A stretch of DNA of 64,000 bases from Candidatus Latescibacterota bacterium (GCA_965203175.1 OZ241867.1:5760001-5824000), one strand, 5' to 3'; counted from the first letter of the stretch, positions 8,242 through 20,200 are shown. Notes: generated by a model not told the origin, from the sequence alone. A program made the numbers and translations.

Positions 8242-10611
8242 ATGACAATCACTCGCGCACTATGCCTCGTTATGGTGTTGGGCAATTTCGCTTTTGGCGA
8301 GCGCGTCTCGTTTAACTCTCGCTCTGCTTGGCAAGAGTGGACGCACCCGGTCGGGGCCGTGGAACTCCAAGCGACTGGTCGGATCCAGCCTGTATCCGTG
8401 CGTAAAAACATCGACGCCGTGCGCAATGCCGAGCACTTTGGCGGCGGCATCCGCAGCGTTGGCAGCAATGCCCGCGACGCGGACCACATCATGGATGGCG
8501 ACCCAGCGACTAGCTGGTCTCCCGATCCGGCCGACGGCATTGAAGACGCCTATATCGAACTCGACTTGGGCCGCTTGGTCACGGCCTCCGAAATCGTCAT
8601 TACTTTCGACAAATCCGCGCCGCCCTTTGAGTTTTTCACCATCCTGCTGTCGAGCGGCGAGAAGTTCTTTACCAACGCATTGGTGCCTGTAGAAGGCACC
8701 TTAGGCTACGGCCTCTCCAAGGGAGTTGGCTTCAATGAGAGCCACGAGCTCGTCCTCGATCCCCGCCAGCGCACCTTGGGCTTGAGCGCGTCTGGCTCGG
8801 ACGACATTGGCGGTAGCTTTGCCGATGGCAGCGGCAGCGAGTTCAAGAAATCTTCGGGCCTGATTCGCATCATTCGCATCGAACTAGCCAAGTTCGTCGA
8901 GGGTGCCGGCCTAGCCGAGATTTCGGTCTCTACTATCGGCGACAACATCTCCCTCGGGATTATTGAGCGCGGCGGCAACATCGAACTCATCACCGACTTG
9001 CAGGCCGTGCTCTCCGGCGGCGAGAACATGGTTGACGGCGATATTGTCACCAACTGGGGCATGCAGACCTACCACCAGACCCAGACCGGCTTCGATATCT
9101 TCAATCGCATCATCTTCGACCTAGGGGCCCATTACTGGATTGACCAGATTCGCATCATCGGCGAGCCAGCCGGTGCCCCGTCGCGGATTCGCAGCCGCTA
9201 CGCCAACTTTTTCTGGTACCAGCTCCTCGCTTCCGACGGCTCGATTGCTCCAGATGGTACCCTGAATTTCCACGAGATTGCCTTTGTTGACGACAGCCCG
9301 CTGAACGAGACGGATATCCGCAACTTCGACCATCAATTCGAGTTGCAGAAAATTCGCTACATCAAGCAGTATTTCCCTTCCTCCCGCCACGGCGGCCAGC
9401 GCACGGGCACCCATGGCTCCTACCGCCTCTTCGCCCTGATTAGCGAGTTCCAGATCTACGGCGAGGGCTTTCCAGCCGAGTTGCAGTTAACCTCGCCGAT
9501 CCTCGACTTAGGCGAAGCCAAGGCCCTGACTTCGGTCGAGTGGGACTCCGAGACCCCGCCCGGCACGCGCATTGAGCTGCGCAGCCGCACCGGCAATGAA
9601 GTCGTCGAGAACATTCACTACTTCGACAAGAAGGGCAAAGAGATTACCGAGCGGAAGTGGAACAAGACGCCCAAGAGCCTGCGCGGGCCGACGAAAATCA
9701 CGATTTCCGTCGGCTCGGACTGGAGCGTATGGAGCGATCCTTATGTAACTTCCGGCGCGCTCTTTAACTCGCCCTCGCCGCGCCGCTATGTCCAACTCGA
9801 CCTGCGCCTGATTTCGGACGATCCTAGCACAGCACCATCGATCAACTCCCTTCACTTGAACACGGAAAATCCCATTGCTCTCGAAACTCGCGCTGAGGTC
9901 TTCCCCAGCCAAGTCGAACCGGGTGTCAAAAAGGACTTTACGTACTTCGTCCTGCCGATCTTTGGCGGGCGCTCGCAGGGCTTTGACCGCTTGACCATGA
10001 TCGCGTCCGTGCCTATTGATTTCACCAGCCTGAAGTTGGGAGACGAGTCGGTGGAGGTCGAAATCACCCCGGTCGCCGAAGGATTTGTCGTCGATTTACC
10101 AGCCACGATCCGCCGCTCGGAGCTAATCGAGCTTTCGTTTAGCAGTATCATTTACCAAAACCAGACGCGTTTCGACCTTTTCCTCGGCAACAGTAACCTC
10201 GGCACCGACGTGCGCCAACTCGTTGACCAAGGCGATGCCAAAGCCGATGTGCCGAGTGAATCCGTCTCCGTGCAACTGCCAATCAACGACCTCCTACTGG
10301 CCAACGTCGCCCTTTCGACGCCTGTGCTGACGCCCAATGGAGATGGGATCGGCGACGAGCTAGCCATTGAATTCGACGCGCTCAAGCTGGTGACTCCGCG
10401 ACCAATTCGGGTCCATATATACGACTTGGCCGGCCGCAAAGTGCGCGCGCTCGACAGCGGCGATGGGCTCGCTCGGCGCTACCACTTTTCTTGGAATGGT
10501 CGCGACGATGTCGGTGCGCTCGTGAGGCCGGGGACTTATTTATTACAAATCGAGATCGCCGGCGATTCCGAAACCGAGACGGTGCAGCGGATCGTACCGG
10601 TGGCCTACTGA
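8242..10611 (+). CDS. Secreted discoidin-like/WSxWS protein with PNGDG-type C-terminal domain (subtype I)
   Basis: Clear paralog of 2793-5141 (W..P.GAVEL...G.IQP, FGGGIR, RTGNE, DWSVWS..SPSPRRY, LTPNGDGIGD); ends VPVAY. Confidence 0.8.
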   Translation: MTITRALCLVMVLGNFAFGERVSFNSRSAWQEWTHPVGAVELQATGRIQPVSVRKNIDAVRNAEHFGGGIRSVGSNARDADHIMDGDPATSWSPDPADGIEDAYIELDLGRLVTASEIVITFDKSAPPFEFFTILLSSGEKFFTNALVPVEGTLGYGLSKGVGFNESHELVLDPRQRTLGLSASGSDDIGGSFADGSGSEFKKSSGLIRIIRIELAKFVEGAGLAEISVSTIGDNISLGIIERGGNIELITDLQAVLSGGENMVDGDIVTNWGMQTYHQTQTGFDIFNRIIFDLGAHYWIDQIRIIGEPAGAPSRIRSRYANFFWYQLLASDGSIAPDGTLNFHEIAFVDDSPLNETDIRNFDHQFELQKIRYIKQYFPSSRHGGQRTGTHGSYRLFALISEFQIYGEGFPAELQLTSPILDLGEAKALTSVEWDSETPPGTRIELRSRTGNEVVENIHYFDKKGKEITERKWNKTPKSLRGPTKITISVGSDWSVWSDPYVTSGALFNSPSPRRYVQLDLRLISDDPSTAPSINSLHLNTENPIALETRAEVFPSQVEPGVKKDFTYFVLPIFGGRSQGFDRLTMIASVPIDFTSLKLGDESVEVEITPVAEGFVVDLPATIRRSELIELSFSSIIYQNQTRFDLFLGNSNLGTDVRQLVDQGDAKADVPSESVSVQLPINDLLLANVALSTPVLTPNGDGIGDELAIEFDALKLVTPRPIRVHIYDLAGRKVRALDSGDGLARRYHFSWNGRDDVGALVRPGTYLLQIEIAGDSETETVQRIVPVAY

Positions 10612-10651
10612 GGGGACTGCTTTTGCCACCTTACAGCAAAAAGGACCTGCG

Positions 10652-12433
10652 ATGACCCGTGCCGCACTCGCATTAGCCTGCCTAGCGATGGGATATAGCA
10701 CTCCGGCCGTGGCCGCGGAACGGCTCAAAATAGGCGGCGATGGACTGGAGTGGGAGGGCAACTCGATCGTCTTCAACGCACTCGAAGTCACCGACGAAAG
10801 GGGGCTTTCGCCGCTGGAGGCCGACCCCGAGGAAAACATCCTGCCGCGCATCAAGGAACTCGGCGGCAGCGCTGAAACCTCGGTGACCACGGCCGCTGCG
10901 CGTTCCAGATATATAATCAACGAACTCATCGACGGTGACTACAGAACAGGCTGGCGCGTGTACACCAACCCCAACGGTGCCGAACTCAAAGTCGATATGG
11001 GCGCTATCTTCGTCCTCCATCGCCTCTATTTTCGCCGCGGCGTGCTCAACGACGACGAGCGCTCGCTACGCGGCTACGAGTTCTACGCCAACGATGGCGA
11101 TTCGCTCAACTTCATCGGCGGCAATCCCGTTTACGCGCTCATAGCACAAGACCGCTCGCACGGCCTGCCCGAACTGGACCTGAGCTTTCCGCCGACGCAA
11201 GTGCGCTTCTTTATTTTGCGCAGCACGGGCGAACGCGGCTTCCAGATGGGCGACCTCGAAGTTTTTGGCGTCGGCGTCGCGCCCTTTGCCCAGTACATAT
11301 CGCAAGTGATTGACCTAGGTGAAGCGGCCAACTTCGGGCCGGTCAATGTGTATGGCCGCATCGACGGCACCGCTCAAGCCCAGTTCAGCACCAAAACCGG
11401 CTTCGTCGCTACGGACTCGCTCTACTTTCGCCAGACGGGCATTCCCGGTGAATTCGAGGAAGTGGCCCTAGCGGATTTCGACCGTACACTCGACCCCTCG
11501 TACGCCGGCATCGTCCTCGAAAACGACCGCGATTGGAGTGCGTGGTCCCCGCCCTACGCCGAACTCCTCGGATCGCCGATCAATTCGCCGGACAATCGGC
11601 GCTACCTCCAGTTGCAATTCAAGCTCCTGTCGAACAGCTTGCTCGACAAAGCCGCCATTGACTCGGTGGTTTTCAACTACACGGTGCCGTCCCTCGCCGA
11701 TTCGGTCATTGCTGAAATAAGCCCGGCCACGGCGACCTTAGGGCAGGAGAACGAATTTACCTATCATCTGCGCTCGGTCGTCTCAAGCGGCAACCGCGGC
11801 TTTGACACCGTGATCATCCACACTCCGTTTGCAGCCCGCGCCACGGGCGTGCGCGTCGATGGCGTCGAGATTGACAACTTTACCACGGCGTCCGATTTGG
11901 GTCGCTTACAGGTGAGCTTTCCCGACCAACGCATTACCCGCAGTGGCCAAGAAGTCGCTGTGCGCTTCGCCAGCCTAGTAACCGTCTCTGGCACGGAATT
12001 TCGCGGCGAGGTCGCCGACAGCCAATCCGATGCGTTTCCACAGCGAGTCGCCTTTGGCAACGCGGCCGAGGAGGTTACCGACAACACACTCGTCGTCAGT
12101 GCCCGCATCGACGACGAGCTTTTTACCGGCGTCGTGTTCTCGTCTGCGGTAATCACGCCCAATGGCGACGGCATCAACGACCAGATCTCCCTCGACTACA
12201 TCCTGCTCAAGGCGACCCACGAGGTCGAAGTCGAGGTGGTCGTGTACGACTTGAGCGGCCGGCCGGTGCATCGCCTCTACAAAGCCCGCGATCGCTCCGG
12301 CCCCAACCAAGTTAGTTGGAACGGTCGCGACGACGACGGTACCGTGCCGCCGGGTATGTACTTGCTTCGCCTCAAGGCCGCCACCGACGCTGGCATCGCC
12401 ACGCAGATGCGGAGTATCGCCGTAGTGTACTGA
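10652..12433 (+). CDS. Secreted discoidin-like/WSxWS protein with PNGDG-type C-terminal domain (subtype II)
   Basis: Paralog of 6378-8177 (VIDLGEAANFG, DWSAWS, ITPNGDGIND); ends IAVVY. Confidence 0.8.
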   Translation: MTRAALALACLAMGYSTPAVAAERLKIGGDGLEWEGNSIVFNALEVTDERGLSPLEADPEENILPRIKELGGSAETSVTTAAARSRYIINELIDGDYRTGWRVYTNPNGAELKVDMGAIFVLHRLYFRRGVLNDDERSLRGYEFYANDGDSLNFIGGNPVYALIAQDRSHGLPELDLSFPPTQVRFFILRSTGERGFQMGDLEVFGVGVAPFAQYISQVIDLGEAANFGPVNVYGRIDGTAQAQFSTKTGFVATDSLYFRQTGIPGEFEEVALADFDRTLDPSYAGIVLENDRDWSAWSPPYAELLGSPINSPDNRRYLQLQFKLLSNSLLDKAAIDSVVFNYTVPSLADSVIAEISPATATLGQENEFTYHLRSVVSSGNRGFDTVIIHTPFAARATGVRVDGVEIDNFTTASDLGRLQVSFPDQRITRSGQEVAVRFASLVTVSGTEFRGEVADSQSDAFPQRVAFGNAAEEVTDNTLVVSARIDDELFTGVVFSSAVITPNGDGINDQISLDYILLKATHEVEVEVVVYDLSGRPVHRLYKARDRSGPNQVSWNGRDDDGTVPPGMYLLRLKAATDAGIATQMRSIAVVY

Positions 12434-12522
12434 CCGACATGGCCGAGCCATTTCGGTCGCCGATTTTTTACTGCGCGGTTAGCCGCGCCAAGCACAAGTG
12501 AACCGCCTAAGGGAGGGTTGTT

Positions 12523-15138
12523 ATGCGCAAAGTTATGTTCTGGGGGCTTGCCCTGCTGGTCCTAGCCGTTGTAGCGTCCAGCGTCCAAGCGGCGACCCCG
12601 GGGCGCGAGCGCGGCGCCACCTCGCAGGTTCGGATCGAGGGCTTCGACCCACTGATCCCGACCATGCGCAAGTGGTACGTGCCCCAAGATCTCTACTACA
12701 TCTATAATTGGGGAGGCTACAAGTACACCAACTACGCCAAGGAACCGTATCAGCGCTACGTCAGCACGCAGCTAGAGGGCACGGGCCAGTACGACATTTT
12801 CGGCAACTGGATCACCCGTGGCTGGCGCGTCTACGAGTGGCGCCAACAGCAGCCGCTGGCCTTTGGCAGCTCGGTCTTCAAAGACAGCCGCTTCAGCGGT
12901 TGGTTTCAAAACCTAATCGTGGCCGCGGACTCCAAGGGCCAGTACTACTCCGCTCTGACCGTCGGCGACTACATCCGCACGACCCTGACCCCACTGACCT
13001 TCAGCCGCTCGCGCTTCAACGGCGTCCAGTGGGACTTTGCGTCCGATAAGTACGAGGCTACGGTGCTGCTGTCGCGCGTCAATCAGCCGGTAAGGGCGGT
13101 ACAGGGGGCCAACCGAGTGCAAGACACGGACTTCACCAACTTCGTCGGCCTGCGCGGTACTGCCCAAATCGGCGATTTCATGGGCTTAGGAGTCACGTAT
13201 GTCAATACGAACTTCGGCTCGGCGAGTAGCAATTTCTCGGAAAACTCGCGCGCCGGCTTGCTGACCAGCAGCCAGAATTCGGGTAACGTCACCGAAATCG
13301 TCATCCGCATCTCCGACGACTCGCCCGGCGATGGCTCCGGTGCTCTATTCTTTTCGGCGCAGATGATCGTCGATGGCCAAGAGACCTCTGTTAATCCCAC
13401 CATTGAGGGCGGCCGTCAGCGCGAGGGCTTCCTCGAAGCCCTCGAAGAGGCTCCGATCCTCCTCCGCTACCGGGTGCCCGACCCGCTGGTGGTGCAAAAG
13501 GTCAGCTACGCCATGGTGCTCTCCAACGACTACCGAGTGGAGATTACCTCCAACTTGCAGACTAATATCAACGGCCAGCCCATCTTCTTGCCAGTCACCC
13601 GCTCCGAAGGCAACGTACGCGACAACACCAACCAGCGCGTCGTCCGCTTTGACTACGGACTGCCCTCGGCCAACCAAATCGCCAGCGTGGACTTGACCAT
13701 CGAGGATATATGGGGCCTAGAGGTGCGCGGCGAATTTGCGCGCAACACCCAGTTTCAGCGCTATCCCAACATCAACATCCAGAAACTGAGCAACCTCAAA
13801 AAGAGTGACCGCACAGCCGATGCTTGGTTTGTCAACGCCACGCGCCGCGTGGGCCGCTACTTTGGCTACGGCGAGGTGTTCAGCATGGACCACGGGTACA
13901 CCACGCGCGGGTACATCACCGACCAAAACGATGTCGTGGATTACGAAAACCAGCGCCAGAACTGGTTCGAGTACATCGACGACAACGATGATCAAGACCA
14001 GCTCGTCGATTGGCCGCGCTGGGGTGGTGCGGGCGGCGACAACGCCGTCTTCCCCGGCCTCGACGAAAACAACGATTTGCTCTCGGATTTCAACGAAAAC
14101 TCCAATCTCACCCCGGACTACGAAGAGCCATTCTTGCGCCACTACATCGACCCACCCGATTTCCTCTTCGGCGTCGATATGAACCACAACACCGTGGTGG
14201 ATCGCTTTGAAAACGACGACGAGGCCGACTATCCCTACCGCAAGGGCCATCGCGGCTGGAACGCGTACGGCGGGACCGAGATTTATCCAGGGGTCAATAT
14301 CACCGTAGGTCGCAATCGCGAGTGGCTGATCGCCGGCGAGGAGCGGTCAACAGCCGTGTACGCGGTGCTCAGCGCGGTGCGCGATATTTCTAGGACGGGC
14401 AAGTTCGAAGCCTTTCACATGATCAAGTCCGTCGAGGACAACATCGCCGACAACCTGCTGCAATGGGTGCAGCGCCCCGGCTCCATTGGCGGCTTGCAAC
14501 CTTTTGACGACCCCCTAATCACCAAAAACACCATCGTCAATCAGAGCTTCATCGGCTACAAGTACACCCGTGGCAACCTGACCTTTGCCAACAAGTTCCG
14601 CCTCGATCACTTCAATCAGCGAGACGAAGCAGCCGAGCGCCTCCGCGACAGCGCGTTCTACGGTGTGATCAACAAGGCGGACTATCCGTTTTCCATCGGG
14701 CGCAATATCACCTTGATCCCGCGCTGGAAAAACATGTGGCGCAAGCGCACCCAACCGCGCACCGTCCAGCTTGAGATCAACGAATTGAGCGAAATTTTCT
14801 CCCTGTCCGCCGTGTTCCCGGTGCTGACGAGAAGCCGCGTCGAGGTCGGGGTGGAAGCCGTAATCTTTCGCAATGCCGAGGAGATCCCCGACCCGCTGCC
14901 GCCCGAATACATCGATGACTTCATCGGCAAGGTGTTCACCGTGCAGTACACCAATCGAGTGCAGTATCAAGGGTACAGCATCACATCCAACGTTGGCTTT
15001 CAGGTCAACGACATCAACTTTGCCAACCTCTCCGACCAAGACGTGAGCAATACCATTGCCTTTATCGAGCTCTATGCTGGGCTAGAGGAGGAGCGCTTGG
15101 GAGGTCGGCCAGCCGAAAGAAGGGGATGGAGCTTCTAA
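12523..15138 (+). CDS. Large putative outer-membrane (beta-barrel-like) protein with Asp-rich Ca-binding loops
   Basis: GGGAGG RBS; signal peptide; aromatic-rich alternating strands; DDNDDQD, PGLDENND and DMNHN motifs; C-terminal Phe (GWSF); paralog of 40195-42831. Confidence 0.6.
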   Translation: MRKVMFWGLALLVLAVVASSVQAATPGRERGATSQVRIEGFDPLIPTMRKWYVPQDLYYIYNWGGYKYTNYAKEPYQRYVSTQLEGTGQYDIFGNWITRGWRVYEWRQQQPLAFGSSVFKDSRFSGWFQNLIVAADSKGQYYSALTVGDYIRTTLTPLTFSRSRFNGVQWDFASDKYEATVLLSRVNQPVRAVQGANRVQDTDFTNFVGLRGTAQIGDFMGLGVTYVNTNFGSASSNFSENSRAGLLTSSQNSGNVTEIVIRISDDSPGDGSGALFFSAQMIVDGQETSVNPTIEGGRQREGFLEALEEAPILLRYRVPDPLVVQKVSYAMVLSNDYRVEITSNLQTNINGQPIFLPVTRSEGNVRDNTNQRVVRFDYGLPSANQIASVDLTIEDIWGLEVRGEFARNTQFQRYPNINIQKLSNLKKSDRTADAWFVNATRRVGRYFGYGEVFSMDHGYTTRGYITDQNDVVDYENQRQNWFEYIDDNDDQDQLVDWPRWGGAGGDNAVFPGLDENNDLLSDFNENSNLTPDYEEPFLRHYIDPPDFLFGVDMNHNTVVDRFENDDEADYPYRKGHRGWNAYGGTEIYPGVNITVGRNREWLIAGEERSTAVYAVLSAVRDISRTGKFEAFHMIKSVEDNIADNLLQWVQRPGSIGGLQPFDDPLITKNTIVNQSFIGYKYTRGNLTFANKFRLDHFNQRDEAAERLRDSAFYGVINKADYPFSIGRNITLIPRWKNMWRKRTQPRTVQLEINELSEIFSLSAVFPVLTRSRVEVGVEAVIFRNAEEIPDPLPPEYIDDFIGKVFTVQYTNRVQYQGYSITSNVGFQVNDINFANLSDQDVSNTIAFIELYAGLEEERLGGRPAERRGWSF

Positions 15139-16433
15139 AGCCGCAGATGGCGGTCTTGGCCTTGGGATTGTGGGCCTGCGCCGACGCGCCGCCAGAAAGT
15201 GCGTCGGCGGTCTTGGCCCGAGTGGGCGAAACCGAGATTAGCGAGCGAGATTTTGCCGCTGCCTTGGAAAAGCTGTCCGACGGCAGCGAAGCCCAGCCCC
15301 TTGCGGATTGGCGTCGCCAATTTCAGGCCCTCATCGACAAGGAACTCCTGCTGATCGAAGCCCGCGCCCAAGGGTTAGACGAAGCGGTCGCCGGTGCAAT
15401 GGAGGCTTGGGAGCGCAAAGAACTGGTCGAGGAATTGCTCGTGCGCGAGATCGGCGAACAGTTTGCTCATGCAGAAACTGAGCTAGCGGAATTCTTTGCC
15501 GAATCGGGTGCGGCCCGCGAAATTCGCCTGCGTCGCTTGCCCGTACGCGATCGGGCTGCAGCTATGGAGGCCCTTAGAAAGGTTCAAGCGGGGGTGGATT
15601 TGGCCGGAGAGTGGAGCGAGAGCGGGTGGCTCAACGCGCTCAACGCGGGCGATGCGCGCATGGCCGCTCTGTTCCTGCAGGAAGTGGGGACTGTTGAGTT
15701 GGTGGAAACTGATGGGCAGTTTTTGGTGGTAGCCATTGCGGCCGAGCGCGAGGTCTCGTTGGCAGATCGCCGCTCGCTCGTGGAAGCGGCCCTAGACCGA
15801 CACAAGAAGCAACAGGCGAACTTGGCTTATCTAGAGAGATTGACCGGTCAGTACGCAGTGCAGTTAGACACGGCCGCGTTGCGGCAGGTCGCCACAGGTA
15901 CAGCACGGCCAGAAATGCGGTTGGTCCGCAGTGCCGCGGGCGATTGGAGCGCGGCGGACTACCAGCAGGCCCTCGCCCGACTCGGAGCGGACGCCGGATC
16001 GCAGCCGACCGATGTCAGCGCCCTTGGATTCAAGGTGACGCGGGCCTTTGTCGCCGACCAGATTCTGCCGCAGGAGGCGCGCAAGCACGGTCTGTACGCC
16101 GAGTTGGAGCCACGCCGTGCCAAGGTGCGCGCAAAGAAGCTGATCCAAGCCCTGTGGGAGCGAGAAATTTACGCGCACATCCAGCTTGACCCCGCGCAGG
16201 TGCGCGCCTTTTACGAGGCCAACGCGCAACGCTACGCCCGCTCGGGCGCGCTAGGGCGGGAACTACAAGCGCAAGTCGCGCGCGATTTGCGCGACGCGCA
16301 GGCCGCGCCCCTGTTCGACCGCTACATCGAGCAATTGCGCGAGAAATACGCCGCGGTTGTCGCCGTAGATGAAGGGCAGTTCGGGAAATTTGTCTCCCAA
16401 CGCAGACAGGCTGCAAATCCCGTCGAGCTATAA
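15126..16433 (+). CDS. SurA/PrsA-like chaperone lipoprotein (degenerate peptidyl-prolyl isomerase)
   Basis: Lipobox LWAC; VLARVGETEIS, LIDKELLLIEARAQGL, FYEAN..Y, LREKY motifs; rotamase core looks shortened. Confidence 0.7.
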   Translation: MELLKPQMAVLALGLWACADAPPESASAVLARVGETEISERDFAAALEKLSDGSEAQPLADWRRQFQALIDKELLLIEARAQGLDEAVAGAMEAWERKELVEELLVREIGEQFAHAETELAEFFAESGAAREIRLRRLPVRDRAAAMEALRKVQAGVDLAGEWSESGWLNALNAGDARMAALFLQEVGTVELVETDGQFLVVAIAAEREVSLADRRSLVEAALDRHKKQQANLAYLERLTGQYAVQLDTAALRQVATGTARPEMRLVRSAAGDWSAADYQQALARLGADAGSQPTDVSALGFKVTRAFVADQILPQEARKHGLYAELEPRRAKVRAKKLIQALWEREIYAHIQLDPAQVRAFYEANAQRYARSGALGRELQAQVARDLRDAQAAPLFDRYIEQLREKYAAVVAVDEGQFGKFVSQRRQAANPVEL

Positions 16434-16455
16434 GTCCGTCAGAGAGGAGTGTTCT

Positions 16456-17220
16456 ATGTACGCTTACCAAAAAATTTCCATCCTCGCTGCTGCGGCCCTC
16501 TTGTTGGGCTGCGGCCATTACCTAATCCCCGGGCGGTTTCAGCCCTTAGAGGTGGCCCAGCAGCAGACCGATATTCAAGGGTCGAGCATGAAAATCCTCG
16601 ACGACGGCACGGTCACCTTCGTGCAAAACCGCCTTGAAGTGTCCGTGCGGCCCATGACCGACGAGGAGATCAACCGCCAGTACCCGGCCGAGTCCACTAA
16701 CGCCAGCGGTCCGGCCGACGAGCTGCCGTCCAATCCGTTTACCTATGGCAATTGGATCGACCCGCGCACGGGCCAGGCACCGCAGCGTTTGTCCATCTTC
16801 AAGATCACGGTCAAAAACTACGAATACCCCAAAGTCAAGTTCGATCCGCTGATGGTGACCGTGGAGTCGGCCAATGGACGGCGCTATTATCCTTGGGGAA
16901 GTTATGACGTGGAGGAGTACTTCCGGCGTTTCCCCCTGGCCTTCAACGGCCTGGGCTATTTGCGCTACAACGAGCGCCGCGGCCTCTATAACCTAGCCAA
17001 GTACCCAGACGACGAGTTTTGCTTTTCAGGACAAGAGGTTGAAGGCTATGTGATCTTCTCCAAGATCCACGACGATGTCGCCGAGATCGCCGTCGAGATT
17101 CCCGAGTTCGGGCTGCGCTACAACTTCCGCGACGAACCCATAGAAACCATTGACCTCCACTTCCGTTTTAAGCGCGACATCAAAAAGGTCAAAAACATCG
17201 ACAAGGTGGCGGCCAACTAG
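16456..17220 (+). CDS. Conserved lipoprotein (Ig-like) of the cluster
   Basis: GAGGAG then ATG 16456; lipobox LLLGC; paralog of 43974-44729 (NPFTYGNW, KNYEYPKV, NGRRY, FSGQEVEGY). Confidence 0.75.
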   Translation: MYAYQKISILAAAALLLGCGHYLIPGRFQPLEVAQQQTDIQGSSMKILDDGTVTFVQNRLEVSVRPMTDEEINRQYPAESTNASGPADELPSNPFTYGNWIDPRTGQAPQRLSIFKITVKNYEYPKVKFDPLMVTVESANGRRYYPWGSYDVEEYFRRFPLAFNGLGYLRYNERRGLYNLAKYPDDEFCFSGQEVEGYVIFSKIHDDVAEIAVEIPEFGLRYNFRDEPIETIDLHFRFKRDIKKVKNIDKVAAN

Positions 17221-17245
17221 CTAGACAGGCCAAGCTGAATAGCCT

Positions 17246-17273
17246 AGGGGCAGGCTACGGCCTGCCTCTTTTT
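17246..17273 (+). terminator. Rho-independent terminator with cUACGg tetraloop
   Basis: AGGGGCAGGC-TACG-GCCTGCCTCT stem followed by a T run. Confidence 0.75.
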
Positions 17274-17280
17274 CTGTCCG

Positions 17281-20200
17281 GTGCCCGACACGCGTTCATC
17301 AATGCTGACTAAATTCCTCCTGTTTGCCACCGCGGCCTTCTTCCTGCTATCGGTCACAGCCTTTGATCCGGCCACCATTTCGCGCTGGATTGAACGAGCC
17401 ATCGGCTGGGTGCCACTGCGCGAAGCGCCAGCGACCGATGAAGCACCCTCCCTGCGCGAAGCCGTCGCGCAAATAAACGCCACCGATCTAGAGCGCCACC
17501 TCCGCATCCTCACCGCGGATTCATCCCGCGTCACCGGCTATGCGGGGGCCGCGAACGCGGCTCGCTATATCGAAGGGGAATTCCACCGCCTCGGCCTCCG
17601 AGTCACCAGCGAACTTTTCCCCCTTTCCGTTCCCCTAGATCGCGGTGGTCGGCTGCGCTTGGGCGGTTCGGACGTAGCCTTTCCCATCTACGGATTGTGG
17701 CCCAACCACGTGCGCTCACCGTCCCTGCCACCGGGCGGTGTCTCCGGCCACCTCATAGACTTGGGGCGCGGCAGCTTAGCCGAGATGGATGGGCAACGGC
17801 TAGCGGGCAGCATTGCGCTGATGGGATTTGGCTCGGGCAACGCCCACGTCGAAGCGCGGTCCTTGGGCGCGCAGGCCATTCTGCTGTACGACGATGGCCG
17901 CGTCACGCGCAGCGAGGCCGCGGAAAAATTCCTCCAAGTGCCCGTGGACATCCCGCGCTTTTGGGTAGAAGCGGCGGACGCGGAAATCCTGCGGCAGCAA
18001 GCGCGCAGCGGCGACGCACAGGTGCATCTCGAAGCGCGCATGGAGTGGGAGCAGGTCCAGGCGCGCAATATATTCGCCGTCCTCCCGGGTTTGGCCGAGG
18101 ATATGCCGCGCGGTCAGCGCCGCGAAATCCAGCAGTGGGACGAGCAAATCATCGTCCTGCAAGCGCACTACGACGCGATCTCGGTCGTCCCCGCACTCGC
18201 CCCTGGAGCCGAAAGCGCGACCGGCATGGCCGCGCTGCTCGAGATCGCGCGTTTGCTCGTCGCCGAAGGCACCCGCTACACCGTGCTCTTTTTGGCCACC
18301 CCCGGGCACTTTCAGGGCTTGGCCGGCGTCAACGATTTCCTCTACCGCCATGCGCGCAAAAGCGAACATTTCCGCGACCAGATCCCACCTGCCGAGCGCA
18401 TCGACTTCCGCCTCTTTGTCGGCCTTGACTTGGCCAGCTACAGCCCTCGGGTCGGCAGCTTTACCATGGGAACGTTCTACAACTCGGCTTGGCGCAACGA
18501 CGACTATCAGAAGAACCTGATGGCGCACTACGCCTCGCGCTTTGCCCGCTATAACCGCGAAATTTTCGCCGACTCGGCTCGCTACCAAGACGCCGTAGCT
18601 CCGCAGAAGCGGGTGTGGAAAAACTTCATGCCCGTGCGGCTGGCCCTCGACAGCGAGGCCGCGGCCTTCGTGGGCAAAGAGGCGCTCTCTTTCGTCACGC
18701 CCAACCAACTGCGTCAGCGCGTCGATACGCCCCTCGACCGGCTCGAATTTGTCGCGCTCGACAACCTCGCCGAACAGACCCGCACCATAGCCGGGCTGAT
18801 GCTCAAGGCCGCTGCCGATCCGGACTTTTTCAACGACACTAAGCTGACCCTGCGCGATTGGGGGCACAGCCTAGAGGGCAACATCTACTGGTTCGACCGC
18901 GACGTGAATTTCGCCGTGCCCAAGGCCCCAGTGCCCAACGCCCTCGTCACCTATCTCCAACCCGGTCCCAATTCCGTGGCCGGCGTGCGCACGCTTATGG
19001 CCACGCACGGAGACGAGAACGGCTACTTCAAGTTCGACATTGTGCGCAACCGCTTTGCCAACCGGATCCAAGCCTTTGAACTAGACGAATACGGGCGCAT
19101 TGTCTCCGCGCCCGACCTCGGCGAAGAAGGCGACAAAACCTATCCGGGTACCCAGCCGTATGGCTGGTGGGAAAACCGCATGTTGCAGGTCCTCTTTCGC
19201 TGCCGCGCCCTGAGCTTCTTGGAAGTGGTCGATCCGCGCTATCTATCGGCCATGGACCGCGTCAACGTCCTCGGCACCAACGACGCGCCGCCGCGCTCTT
19301 TTTCTCTCAACTACATCGAAAACCAGAGCGCAGTGCAGGACCGGGTGGTGCAGGCCGGCGTGGTGTTTGCCGAGCCAGGCACCCGCGTCAAGATCCTCGC
19401 CGGCGAGGGGGCCTTTGGCGGCGAGAGCGCGCTCGCCGGCGTGCGCTACATGCTCACCAACGCGGACTCCGCCTTGTTCGCCGACCTCGATCCAGCCCAC
19501 GTCGATATGGCGACCATTGAGCGGGCACAGGGCGGGGGCTTCCCAGTCGAACAGGGCCTTATTCCCTACCCGGCGTTGCAGGCGGCCCGCGACATCTGGA
19601 TCATCGACGAGGCGCGGATCAAACAAATGGTGCGCCACGGCATCGTTCTCGAACAGCTACAGGCCATGCACGGCCAAGCGCGGGAGGCCCTGATCGAGGC
19701 TCGCGACAAACTCGCGGCCTTCGATTACACCGGCTACCAGCGCGCCGTGCGCCGCGCCCTCGGGCTAGAGGCCCGCATTTACCCGGAAGTCAAGGCCACC
19801 GCCAACGACGCGGTCCGCGCAGTGATTTTCTACTTCGCGCTCCTGTTGCCCTTTGCCTTCTTCTGCGAGCGATTCTTCTTCGGCTTCCCAGACGTGCGGC
19901 GGCAAATCGCCGGCTTTGTCGGCATCTTCGTCCTCGTGTTTCTGATCTTGCGCTTCGTTCATCCGGCCTTCAAGCTGAGCAGCTCGCCGTACATCATCTT
20001 CCTCGCGTTTGTCATCCTCGCCTTGGGTGTCCTCGTCATCTTCATCGTCGTCACCCGCTTCAAGGCGCTTCTGCAACGGCGCAAGGGCGCAGTCTCGGGC
20101 GTGCACGAGACCGACGTGGGCCGCATTGCCGCGGGTTTTGCAGCCGTGCTGTTGGGCATCTCCAACCTGAGCAAACGCCGCCTGCGCACCGCGCTGACGG

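Noticed and set aside
12523-15138. SusC/TonB-dependent receptor
   Set aside because: No recognisable plug or TonB-box motifs and no SusD-like neighbour.
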